Origin: an uncultured Chloroflexia bacterium
Lineage (GTDB): Bacteria > Chloroflexota > Anaerolineae > B4-G1 > SLSP01
NCBI GenBank assembly: GCA_963751345.1
Contig: CAVVUS010000011.1
Coordinates: forward strand, 288,001-352,000
Direction of reading: 5' to 3'
Length of the DNA stretch: 64,000 bases
Position numbers and translations under genes: made by a program. Each line of letters opens with the position of its first letter. Position 1 is the first letter of the stretch. The notes beneath the pieces are model-generated. The model had not been told where the DNA came from, did not search any database, and saw only the letters and a program-made list of their open reading frames with translations. Positions 29,868-40,808 of this stretch are shown here, in pieces.

Positions 29868-32115
29868 CTATGGTTCCTCTCGATCGACGGCCAGATCCTC
29901 CTCGCGCACCAGGCGCCCCATCTTCTGCAGTTCGCGCCGGGTACCGTGGAGCAGATGCCCCATTGTGACCGCCCCACCGTCTGCGGCGGCGAGGTACGCC
30001 GCGCTGACGATGACGTTGCGGATATTGCCCCCCGCCAGCCGGAACCGTTCCGCAAGAAAGCCGAAATCGATCTCCTGGCTTCGCGGTACGTTCGGAGGGA
30101 AGAGCGTGGTCCAGATTCGCAAGCGATCCTCCGCTTCCGGGAAGGGGAAGGTGACGGCAAACTGCAGCCGCCGGGTGAAGGCCTCGTCCAGGTTGCCCCG
30201 CAGGTTCGTGGCCAGGATCGTCACGCCGTCGTAAGCCTCCATGCGTTGCAGGAGATAGCTGATCTCAATATTGGCGTAGCGATCGTGGGAATCGCGCACT
30301 TCAGAGCGCTTGCCGAAGAGGGCGTCTGCCTCGTCAAAGAAGAGGATCGCGTTGCTCTGCTCTGCCTCCTGGAAGATGCGCTCGATGTTCTTTTCCGTCT
30401 CACCGATGTACTTGCTGACAATCGTCGACAGATCGATGCGATAGAGATCCAGCCCCAGCCCGCCCGCTATGATCTCCGCGGCCATGGTCTTGCCTGTGCC
30501 CGGCGGCCCCGAGAAGAGGACCGTCACGCCGCGGCTCGACGCCAGCTTGTCTCCGACGCCCCAGACGTCGAGCACTTGTGAGCGCCCGCGCACCGTATCG
30601 ATGATCTCCTGCAGCAGCACCTTCTGATCCTCCGGCAGCACGATGTCGTCCCAACGATATCTTGGCGTGATCTTGTGGGCTAGAGTGGCGAGATGTGCAT
30701 TCGAGTGCGCACGTGCGGCGGCGAAGAGAGCTTCTCGCGACAGCGCCACGCCCCGACGCACGGCCCGATCCTTTGCCGTCGCCACCGCGTCGCGGATCTG
30801 GCCACTGGTCAGCATGAACTGGCCTGCCAGCGCGTCGACCGCACCAGCATCACCCTCGATGCCATCGTCCTCAATACCGTCGGGCCCGATGAAGTGCTGC
30901 CACAGCCGCAGGCGTTGCTCGTACGGCGGGACAGGGAAGGCCACCTCGATCACGATCCGCTGCTCCGGGGTCCCGCCCTCGGTGGGGGAGAACGCCGCTG
31001 CCCTGCCGCCCTTGGGTTGCCAGAGCGCCTTCCCGGCGACGATGGCTGGGCCAGGAAAGGCGTAGAGCTCACGCAGCAGCACCGGAGGTGTGTTACCCTC
31101 GACCAGACACGCGTCCCAGCCGGCCAACATCGGGAGAGCCTCCATCAGCCGGGCATCCCGCAGCGCCAGGCGGATCGCACGGCGGGCACCGATCGGTCCG
31201 CGCATATCGGAGCCATAGCCATCGCGGCCAAGAATGCCCGCAACGTCGAGCACCAGCAACGGGCGATGGGTCGCCGCAGCCAGCAGGCGCGCCGCCACGT
31301 GCTGACCGTCGTGATCCTGCCCATGAAAGAGGTAGAGTGGGGCGGCAACGCCGGTCACGAGCTCTCCCGCGAGGGCAGCGTCGACGAGCGGATCTAGCCC
31401 GCTCGCGGGGTCGGGATCGAGAGTGATGTATCCTGCCAGGTCCGAGTGGGGCCGGTAACCACCCAGCAGCCACACCAACAGACCGTCATCTGCGGTCAAG
31501 ACACGGGCCAGGAGCGGCACGGGACCGGCCTCCGCGGGTTGTCTGAGCTCAAGGAGATGGTTCCGAAAGAGCGGGGCATCGTCCTCAAAGTGGGCCAGCA
31601 TGGCGAGCCGGCCGATCCCGCCTTCTGTCAACAGGTCCAGCACCATGTTCACCGTCGGTCGCTTCTTTGTGACGTCGTCCTGCAAGTAGCTGTAGATGCG
31701 CTCGTAGCGCAGATCAATCGAGGGTGCCAGGCAGATGAGCAGGACATCCAGCTCAAATTGGCTCAGGCCGAAAGCGGTGCGAAGGCGTTCCAGGGCCGGC
31801 GTGGTGCCTTGCTCGGGTCGCCCCGTCGAGAATGGCCTCCGCTTGGTGCTCGACCAGAGCGCTCTGCCGCTCCAGCGATGCCTCGATCTCTTCCGGCAGC
31901 GAGACCGTCTGCCCCCAGTTCGAGCTGAGAGGGCGAGCCAGCAGGGCTTCGGCCTCCTCGTCGGATACGTACAGGCCACGGAAGGCGTCGTTGGGATCCT
32001 GGCCGGCCAACCTCCATCTCGCAACGGCCCGCTGCAGACGTGTGCGCACCCTCTGCAGCTCGACTTGCAGATAGGCGCTGTCCACATCGACCGGCGTAGA
32101 GATCTGCTCTGGCAC
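29868..32115 (-). CDS. CIS AAA+ ATPase (Afp15/Pvc15-like); frameshift near 31825
   Basis: DAFRGLYVSD, YSYLQDDVTKKRPT, Walker A GPPGTGKT, SKYIGETEKN, FFDEADALFGKR, DRYAN, DEAFTRR. Confidence 0.93.
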
Positions 32116-32254
32116 CCTTGCCCCCTTCGGGAATGGTGGCTCGCAGTATTAAACACAATACATTCCGTCGAACCGTCGTTACCAGTATAGACGATTTCGT
32201 GAATAAATGCAACATCCTTCGTGTTTATTTGGTCCGCAAGGTTTGGGTGGGATA

Positions 32255-32263
32255 TGGTAGAAT
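32255..32263 (+). promoter_or_regulatory. Extended -10 element upstream of the radical SAM gene
   Basis: TGgTAGAAT 9 nt before ATG 32273, in an AT-rich divergent intergenic region. Confidence 0.5.
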
Positions 32264-32272
32264 CCACCTGCG

Positions 32273-34890
32273 ATGGCGAGATACGAGGCGTACTTCAACG
32301 AGAACTGGTCGCTCCTGCAGCAGGCGGAGCTCTACCGGCCTGGCCCCAACCCGACCTTTCGAAACCCAGGCTTCGAGACGGCATCGTTCCGGGCGCTGAT
32401 CGTGCGGTTATCCCCCTTCCGCGACGTCAGCCGCTCGACGCCCCACCTCTTTCTCTATCAGGCGGTCAGGCGGGCGCTTCCTGATGCGTATATTGATATG
32501 GCGTTCTTCCCACCGGAGTATGATCGCGCGCGTCTGGCCGGCGCGGGAATCCCCTTCCTTGTGGGCGCGGAATCCTGGCGCGATGCCGGCGACTTCGATG
32601 TCGTGCTGGTCTCCAATGCCTACACGCTCGAACTGATCAACCTGCCCTATCTGCTGATCAACTCGGCTGTCCCGACGCTGGCGAGCCGGCGTGACGAGGG
32701 TTGGCCCCCCATCATCCTGGGCGGCTCAAACGCGTTGGCCTCCCAGGCACTGCTCACACCGGAGGGCGACAGTGTCGTGGATGCGCTCTTCTTTGGGGAA
32801 GGGGAGCGTGAGGTCGAGGTGCTGGTGAAAGAGCTTCGCGCGCATCGCGATCTGGATAAGCGCGACCGGTTGCTGACGGCCGCAGGCCGTGTGACCGGAC
32901 TCTGGGTGGCCAACGGTCCCCCCGATCAGAAGGTGAGTAAGGCCGTCTGCCGGGTGCCCTCGTCCGAGGACCTCATCGTCGACTATCCCTCGCTCAACGG
33001 TGAGGAGGCGTCCACCGCCAGGCTTCAGATTAGCTTTGGGTGCCCTGCCTTCTGCTCGTTCTGCTTCGAGGGCTACGATCGGAAGCCTTATCGCGAGGTC
33101 TCACAGGCCGACGTGCTCCACGCAGCGGACCGGCTGAAGGCGACCCAGGGGGTCGAGGCTATCGACGTCTTCAGCTTCAACTTCAATACCCACGAGGAGA
33201 TCCTTTCCCTGCTCCTTGAGCTGAACCGGCGCTTCGACCGGGTCAACGTACAGAGCCAGCGCGTGGATCTGCTGGCCGTGATGCCAAGCCTTCTCGCTGC
33301 CGAGGTAGCAGCCGACAAGCGCAGCTTCACGCTGGGCATCGAGGGTATCAGCCACCGGATGCGGGCTTTCCTCCACAAGAGTCTCGACGATGCCGAAATC
33401 GATGCTGTCCTCGTCAGGCTGATGCAGGAGAAGATTCGCGAGATCAAGCTCTTCTACATCCTCACCGGGCACGAGAGCGAGCAGGATCTGGCCGAGTTCC
33501 ACGAATTCGTGCTCGACTTGAAGGCGTGGCGGCAGCGCTACAATCGTGGCCTTCGGGTGATCTTCAGCTTCGGGCTGCTGATTCGCATGCCGTTCACACC
33601 GCTGCGCTACGACCGCCTCTTCCTGGATGAGGACGAATGGCGCCGGATCACCGGGCCGGTGAAGTCCTCATGTGAGACCAACGGCTTCGAGTTCCGGCTT
33701 GCCACCACCTGGGAGGAGTACGCAGCCTCGCAAGTGTTGGCGCTGGGCGGGACTTGGCTCTCCGAACCCGTCTTGGCTCTCGCCGCGGAGGGCCATTGCT
33801 ATGACCTGCAGTTGTCCCCCGGCTATTGGGAGGCCCTCAGGGGATGGATGGTCGACCACGGCCATTGGGACGATGCCTTCTTGGGCGTGAAAGGGCCGGA
33901 CACGGCCTTTGCCCTGGGCTTCGTCAGCTCCGATGCGACGCCGGGTCTGCTGTATTCGCAGTTCGAGCAGGCCATCGCCGGCGAGGACGAGGGCTACTGC
34001 CTCGGCGAGGTCGGTACGCCCGGCGGTGTTGGCGAGCCGGGCAGATGCCTGGGATGCGGCGCCTGCACGACGTCCGAGGAGCGCGCCGCGATCACGCAGC
34101 ACACGATGCGCCACCCGGGCCCCCGGTATCTCAACGATCTCAAGGCCGCAATGCAGGCGAAATGGCGTGCCCGCCCCATCTACGTGCGGGTGTGGCTGCC
34201 GCCGACTGTGGCGACGGCTGATCCGGCGTGGACGAACGCCCTCGTGATGCGGGCACTGCTGGGCTCCTGCCCCGAGCTTGCCGATAGCGTGCTCTCGGTC
34301 CGTGAGAGCCTCTTTTCGGTGAAGGGTGCCGCAGCCCGCTACGTGGGGCTCTTCGGCGAGACTGTGGTCGCGATCAAGGCTTGGGATCGAGACAGCGACC
34401 GGGACCTATCCGCTCTCCTGGCGGAGCGCATCGCCATGGATAAGGATCTGTCGGAGGGGGTGCGGCTGCTTGAAGTGCTCGACGGATTCGAGCCGGGTAG
34501 CCTTCGAGCGAATGCGCCTTCGCCTGGAGTTGCCGGCGAGGCACTTCCCGGACGCGGGACGCCAACTGCGCCACTATCTGCAGGGGCAGTACGTACCCGT
34601 GAACCTGCGGGGTCAGCGACGGCGGCTATGTCTTCGATATTCCCGAGAAGGCGCGCAAGAAGCGTGTGATCTTCGAGGGACACTATCATGAGGTCGACGG
34701 GACCTTTCGGGCGGAGCTGGTGGTCAGCCCGAAGTTCGATCTCGTCGCGTACTTGCGCTCCTTTCCCCACGCTGCGTATGAGCGCGAGGCGCAGGCGGAA
34801 GTTCGGGAGCTCGTAGCTGTGATTGTGATGCGTTTCCGGTGGTCTGTTACCGATTCCTCGTCCTCAGACGGCACGGGGGCGCACGTATGA
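32273..34890 (+). CDS. Radical SAM protein (TIGR03960-like); frameshifts near 34500 and 34612, true end uncertain
   Basis: GCPAFCSFCFEG (CxxxCxxC), DALFFGEGE, MPFTPL, later CLG..CLGCGAC cluster. Confidence 0.8.
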
Positions 34891-35561
34891 CCGGCGAGTC
34901 GCCGCGGCGCCTGATCCCGGCGCGGGAGATGCGGATCGAGATGATCGTGGTCAACTCCCGCTTCATCGCGACCGCCGGCCCGGCTTTCAGCGTCGAGGAA
35001 GCGCGCGCCTTCGTCGACCGGACGCGCGCCGAGTTCGCGGATGCCTCGCACAACGTCCCCGCCTTCGTCATTGGCCACGGCAGCAGCGTCATCGCCCACT
35101 GCACCGACGACGGCGAGCCCTCCGGTACGGCGGGCAGGCCTGCGCTGGCGGTGCTGCAGGGCAGCGGAATCGGCGATGCCGTCGTCGTCGTCACCCGCTA
35201 TTTCGGCGGCACCAAGTTGGGGACGGGAGGCCTGGTACGCGCCTACGGCGATGCCGTCCGCGAGGTGTTGCGCGTCCTGCCATTGGCCGAGAAGGTGCCC
35301 ACGCAGACGGTGATGGTCGCGCTGCCCTATAGCCTCTTCGAGCGGGCCAAGCTCGTCATCTCCGAGCTGCAGGGCCTGGTCCTGGACGAGGAGTTCGCGG
35401 GAGACGTCACGCTGACCGTCCGCTTCGTGCGCGACCAGGTCGCGGGGTTCCAGGAGCGGCTGCGCGAGCTCAGCGCCGGCAAGATCGAGGCCCTGGTCGT
35501 CGAGACCGACGACGAGACGATCATGCCCGTTGGCATGGTTGGTGCGGACATCCTAGAATAA
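34887..35561 (+). CDS. yigZ: YigZ/IMPACT family protein
   Basis: SRFIA, DASHN, DDGEPSGTAGRP, VTRYFGGTKLGTGGLVRAY. Confidence 0.93.
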   Translation: MTGESPRRLIPAREMRIEMIVVNSRFIATAGPAFSVEEARAFVDRTRAEFADASHNVPAFVIGHGSSVIAHCTDDGEPSGTAGRPALAVLQGSGIGDAVVVVTRYFGGTKLGTGGLVRAYGDAVREVLRVLPLAEKVPTQTVMVALPYSLFERAKLVISELQGLVLDEEFAGDVTLTVRFVRDQVAGFQERLRELSAGKIEALVVETDDETIMPVGMVGADILE

Positions 35562-36095
35562 ATAGCATTAGGCAGTAGCGGCCGGTCGAGCGGAGACCCG
35601 AGGAACGTTCCGGGCTGATCTGCGATCCGCGGGTGCCCTCAGTTGACCGTCGGGTGCACAGCATTTCCATCGGTCTGGCGTTCCTTCGCTTCCCTCGCTA
35701 TGAGCAACTCTGATCGGCGGCCCCCTCTTCCTACAGTTACCCCCTTTCATCTCTCCGGCGGTTGCCTCCAACTATTGCCACCTCTGGTCCAACCCAATCC
35801 GGCGGTTTGTCTTTCGGATCTGCACTATCATAAATAGTATCTGTTATTGAGATTCCGCCTGTTGCGCTCCAGACGCGTGATTTGATTGTTTTCTCGTAGA
35901 TGTTCAACCCTTTAGCTTGGATCACCTCGGACTGGTGGCTTTGCTGCAGTGGTATCGAGTCCGACGTGAGCATAGTGGACAGTCACGATCGGGTGGGTGT
36001 CTCTGGAATTCGGGAACGTGCGGAGACGTTGGGTGGCACGCTGGCGGGGTTAGCGTCGTTGGTGCCGGGACGACACTAGGCTGTGGAGGTGCTCT

Positions 36096-36779
36096 ATGGC
36101 AGCGCGGATTCTCATCGCTGATGATCACCCGGTGCTTCGAGCAGGGTTGCGTGCCCTGCTCGGTGACGAGCCCAGCTTCAGGATTGTAGGCGAGGCGGCT
36201 GATTGGGATGAGATGATGCGGATGGCTGCGAACTTACAGCCCGATGTCGTGATATTGGACCTTGGGATGCTGGGGTGGCGTGCTGGCACGGAGCGCCTGG
36301 TCGAAATGCGGCCTGATATCTGTGTCCTGGTGCTCAGGGCGTCGGAAGAAACGTCGATGATGCATGCGGCTCTTCAAGCCGGTGCCAATGGTTTTGTCGC
36401 CAAACGTGTCGTAGAGTCAGAGCTTATGACCGCGATCCACGCCGTCGCACACGGTGATATCTACGTCCGCTCGAGTATGACGCGAGGCGCAGAATCGCTT
36501 GATTCGAGTGCGTCGAGTTCCGGTGCGCCTGACTCGCAGATGCAGCGCTTTCCTGACCGGACCTGTGTCGAGGCTCTGACGCCGCGAGAGACTGATGTGC
36601 TGCGACTCATCGCGCTGGGTTACACGAATCTCCAGATGGCGAGCGAACTCCGCATCAGCGTACGTACTGTGGAGACCTACCGCGAGAATCTCATGGCCAA
36701 GTTGGACATGCACACGCGTGTGGAACTGGTCCGGTATGCACTGGACCAGGGCCTCCTCGAAATGGTTGTGTCCGGATGA
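36096..36779 (+). CDS. NarL/LuxR family response regulator
   Basis: ILIADDH, VILD, LTPRETDVL..ISVRTVETYR HTH. Confidence 0.92.
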   Translation: MAARILIADDHPVLRAGLRALLGDEPSFRIVGEAADWDEMMRMAANLQPDVVILDLGMLGWRAGTERLVEMRPDICVLVLRASEETSMMHAALQAGANGFVAKRVVESELMTAIHAVAHGDIYVRSSMTRGAESLDSSASSSGAPDSQMQRFPDRTCVEALTPRETDVLRLIALGYTNLQMASELRISVRTVETYRENLMAKLDMHTRVELVRYALDQGLLEMVVSG

Positions 36780-36966
36780 AGATGTGCGCTGGTCTCTGTA
36801 ACCGCCGTGACTCCGGATCTTTCTCCCGTCAATAGCACTCGAATCCTGCGTCTATCCGCCCATCGCTGTCAGGTCCGAACTCGCTCAAAGTCCTTAGTGC
36901 CTGCTTGGTGGACCCTCGAGGCACGGGGGTCCGAGACTCGCGTCTCGCTCGGAAGGAGGAAGGCTG

Positions 36967-39322
36967 ATGTCCGATATGCCAGGAAGCGAGTATCGTTATC
37001 TGGGGCGGTCCGTGCCGCGCAAGGATGGCCTCGACAAAGTGCACGGACGGCTTCGCTATGCGGATGATCTACATCCGCCAGGGTGCCTGCACGCAGCGCT
37101 TCTCACCAGCCCCCACGCGCACGCGCGAATCGTCAGCATCGATAGATCCGCGGCGGAAGCTGCGCCCGGCGTGCGTGCCGTGCTCACTGGGGCAGATTTC
37201 CCGATACGGCTGGGTGTTTACCTTGGCGACACGCCTCCCTTGGCCCGAGGCAAAGTGCGTCACTATGGCGAACCTGTCGCGGCTGTGATTGCCGATGCAC
37301 CCTACCAGGCCATGGCCGCGATTGATCTCATCCGCGTCGATTACGAGCCGCTGCCCGTGGTCAACAGTACCCGCGATGCTCTTGCTCCGGGTGCGCCGAT
37401 CATCCACGAGGAGATGGCTTCCTACTTGCATATCCCACCGATCCATCCCGAGCCGGGCTCCAACATCGCGAACCGGACCCGGATCCGGAAGGGGGACGTC
37501 GTCTCCGCGATGGCGCAGGCGGACGTCGAAGTGAGTCTGGACTTTTCGTTCCCGCCTGGGGATCACGTCGCCATCGAGCCGCGGGTGGCGATCGCGGAGA
37601 TCAAGGCAGACGGGGCGGTTGTGATCCGCTCCTCGACGCAGGCGCCCTTCGTCGTCCGAGCGCTGATGAGCATCCTCTTCGACATCCCAACCGGCAAGAT
37701 CGTGATCGAAGCGCCACCGATCGGCGGCGGTTTTGGCGGCAAGGCCGGCATCCAGTTGGAGGGACTGGCCTACTCTGCTCTCGAAGTCCGTGGGTGGGCG
37801 ACCCGTGAGGCTGGTGAACAGCCGCGAGGACGACTTAGTTTCGTCGCCTGGCCACATCGGGCTGGAAGCCAGCGTGAAACTGGGTGCGACGCGCGACGGC
37901 CGGCTCGTCGCCGCGGACTTGCTCTATCTATTCGACTCGGGTGGCTACGCCGATTACGCCGTCAATATCAGCCGGGCCGGCGCGATCGCTGCGCCGGGAC
38001 CCTACAACGTCCCCAATATCCGTACCGATGCCCTGTGCGTCTATACCAACCATCCCTTCGCTACGGCCTACCGTGGGTTTGGCCACGAGATCGTCTATCC
38101 GGTGGAGCGCGCAATGGACGAGTTGGCAGCAAGGCTGGGGATGGACCCGGTTGCGCTTCGTGCAAAGAATGCCATTCGGCCTGGAGATCTGTCGCCAACG
38201 CAGTCGGTGATGGACCCGAGCACGGGTGATCTCGCCCGGTGTCTTGAGGAGGTGGCCCGCATGATCGGCTGGGAGGAGGGGGCGCGGGTCGATCTGGGTG
38301 GGGGCAAGGTGCGCGCCAAGGGGGTTGGCGCTTTCTGGAAATCGCCGGCGATGCCGACCAACACGGATGCCGGCGCGGTCCTCACCTTCAACGAGGACGG
38401 CAGCCTCAATCTGAGCAGCGGCATCGTCGAGATCGGGCAGGGCACCTATACCGGGGTCGCCCAGCTTCTCGCGGAGCGCTTTGGCATATCGCCTGACAGC
38501 GTGCACGTCGATCCCGAGATCCGGACGCACCGCGCTCCTCACGACTGGGCGACAGCAGCCAGCCGTTCGCTCTTCATGGTAGGGCGCGCAGCCCTGGCTG
38601 CTGCGGACGATGCCATCGAGCAGATCAAAGCAACGGCCTCCGCGCCGCTCCGCTGCCCGGCCGAAGACCTGGCGGTTGCCGGTGGGCGCGTCTACGTTCG
38701 CGATGACCCCGCCCGCGGACTCGATCTGCGCGAGGTCGTTCTTGGCTACGTCTACCCGACGGGCGAGGCCATTGGAGGCCAGGTCATCGGACGGGGTAAT
38801 TACATCGCCCGCGGCCTGACGGACATCGACGCCGACACCGGGGAGGGGCATCCTGCGCTTGAATGGACCATCGGAGCTGAGGCGGTCGAGGTGGAGGTCG
38901 ATCTTCGCGACGGCTCGCTCGAGATTCTCAAGGCAGTCTGTGCCATGGATGTGGGCACGCTGATCAACCCGGCGTTGGCGCGCGGGCAGGTTGTCGGGGG
39001 CATGGCGATGTCGCTAGGTGTCGCCACGACGGAGGGCTTCATCTTTGATGGCCAGGGGCGCGTCGCTAACGACATCCTTCGGGACTTCAAGATCCCTCGC
39101 TACGGCGAGCAGCCCGTCTACGACGTGGCCTTTGTGACGACGCTGCAGGGCGATGGCCCCTACGGCGCGCGCGGGCTGGGCGAGCAGGGGGTCCTGGGCA
39201 TTCCCTCGGCGGTCGCAAACGCCGTCTCGCGGGCCATCGGACGTCCGGTGAACCGTCTGCCCATCACACCGGAGCGGATCTGGGAGATCCTTCACGAGGC
39301 GCCGGAAGGAGGTGACGCATGA
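36967..39322 (+). CDS. Xanthine dehydrogenase family molybdopterin-binding subunit; frameshift near 37775
   Basis: SPHAHARI, STQAP, GGGFGGK, AYRGFG, EIGQG, GARGLGEQG. Confidence 0.9.
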
Positions 39323-40144
39323 TCCCCCATAACTTCGTCTACTATCGGCCGTTAACGCTTCAGGAGGCAGTGGAGGCCTACGTCGAGGCTGCCGCAGAGG
39401 GACTCGACACGCTCTACTATGCCGGTGGGACAGAGATCCTCACGTATGCCAGAAAGGGGAATCTGCGGCCGGGCGCCGTCATCGACATCAAGCACATCCC
39501 CGACTGCGTCGTCCTGACGCGCGACGGCAGCCGGCATGTGTTCGGGTCCGCGCTTACGCTCAATACGGTCATCGAGGACGGACGCTTCCCACTCCTGGCG
39601 CAAGCGGCGCAGATCGTCGATCACACCGTGCGCAATCGACTGACGCTGGGTGGGAACATCGCCGGGCGACTTCCTTACCGTGAGACCGTACTGCCGTTCC
39701 TCTTGGCCGACGCGCAGGTCCGGCTGGTTGGCCCCGATGGAGAGCGACTCGAATCACTACGAGACGTCTTCGATCGCAGGCTCCAGCTGACGCCCGGCGA
39801 ACTGCTGGTCAGCCTCTCTGTGCCTGCGGAGGTGGCGGCGATGCCGTGGTTCTACCGGCGACGTGTGCGGAAGACGCGGCTCGACTATCCGATCCTCACT
39901 GCCTGCTTCACTGCAGGTGAACGGCGGGATCCATATGGCGACGACGGCGGCCTTTGGATTCCCAGTGACAAGTACTCGCGTCGACGCGATGCTCAATGAC
40001 GACGCCGTGCCGGTGTCGGAGCGGCCCGCGCGCATCGTCGAGGCGACCGGTCTGCGGGTTGCCGGCAACATCAGGGCCGGTGCAGCCTACCGCCGCGCGC
40101 TGCTCGAAGCCGCGATTGGCGAAGCACTGGACGCGCTGCGCTAG
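39319..40144 (+). CDS. Xanthine dehydrogenase family FAD-binding subunit; frameshift near 39915
   Basis: YYRPLTLQEA, YAGGTE, VRNRLTLGGNI. Confidence 0.88.
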
Positions 40145-40161
40145 GCAGGAGGGAGCGAGAC

Positions 40162-40639
40162 ATGATCAGGTATCGAGACTTTGTAGCACTCACGTTGAGC
40201 GTCAACGGCGAGGAACGCCGCGTCACGGTGCGTCCTGCGGACACACTGCTGCACGTGCTGCGCGACACGTTGGGGCTTACCGGCACTAAGGTCGGATGTG
40301 AGAACGGCGACTGTGGCGCGTGCACCGTGTTGGTGGATGGCAGAGCCCTCGAAATCGTGCATGATCCTGGCAGTTGAGGTCGAGGAGCGTGAGATCACGA
40401 CCATCGAGGGGCTGAGGGACACAGCCATCCAGACAGCCTTTCTTGACGAGAACGGCTTTCAGTGTGGGTTTTGCACCTCCGGCTTCATCGTCAATGCCTA
40501 CGCGCTCCTTCAAGCACATCCCAATCCCGACTCGGAGACGATTCGCACGTGGCTGGAGGGAAACCTCTGTCGCTGCACGGGCTATGAGGGCATCGAGCGA
40601 GCTGTGAAGGCGGCATCAGACGCTGGAATCATGGACTAG
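40162..40639 (+). CDS. Xanthine dehydrogenase family 2x[2Fe-2S] subunit; frameshift near 40350
   Basis: GCENGDCGACTV..SC, QCGFCTSG, NLCRCTGY. Confidence 0.92.
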
Positions 40640-40808
40640 AACGACTGCGCGGATTGCAGGGATGGCGCCATTGCCGCGAGCACAACAGGGCAATGGCGCC
40701 AAGGTCAGCCAAGTGCGGCGGAGGTCTTTGGAGCGCCGGCACTTGGCATGTCGCATCATTCGTGAAATCCGTGCCATCCGTCCGCGTCCGAGCGGTCGAA
40801 TCCGTGAT

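Noticed and set aside
15147-32115. Prophage or canonical T6SS
   Set aside because: No capsid, portal, terminase, integrase or lysis genes, and no TssJLM, split TssB/C or ClpV; DUF4255, DUF4157 and an Afp15-like ATPase indicate an eCIS-type locus
35575-35810. RNase P or 6S RNA (GAGGAACGTTCCGGGCT, GAGCAA and GAGGGCACCC look-alikes)
   Set aside because: Matches are short and imperfect, and the conserved 3' RNase P motif is missing; cannot be supported without a covariance search
36967-39322. Aerobic CO dehydrogenase CoxL
   Set aside because: Active-site loop is AYRGFG, not AYXCSFR or AYRGAGR
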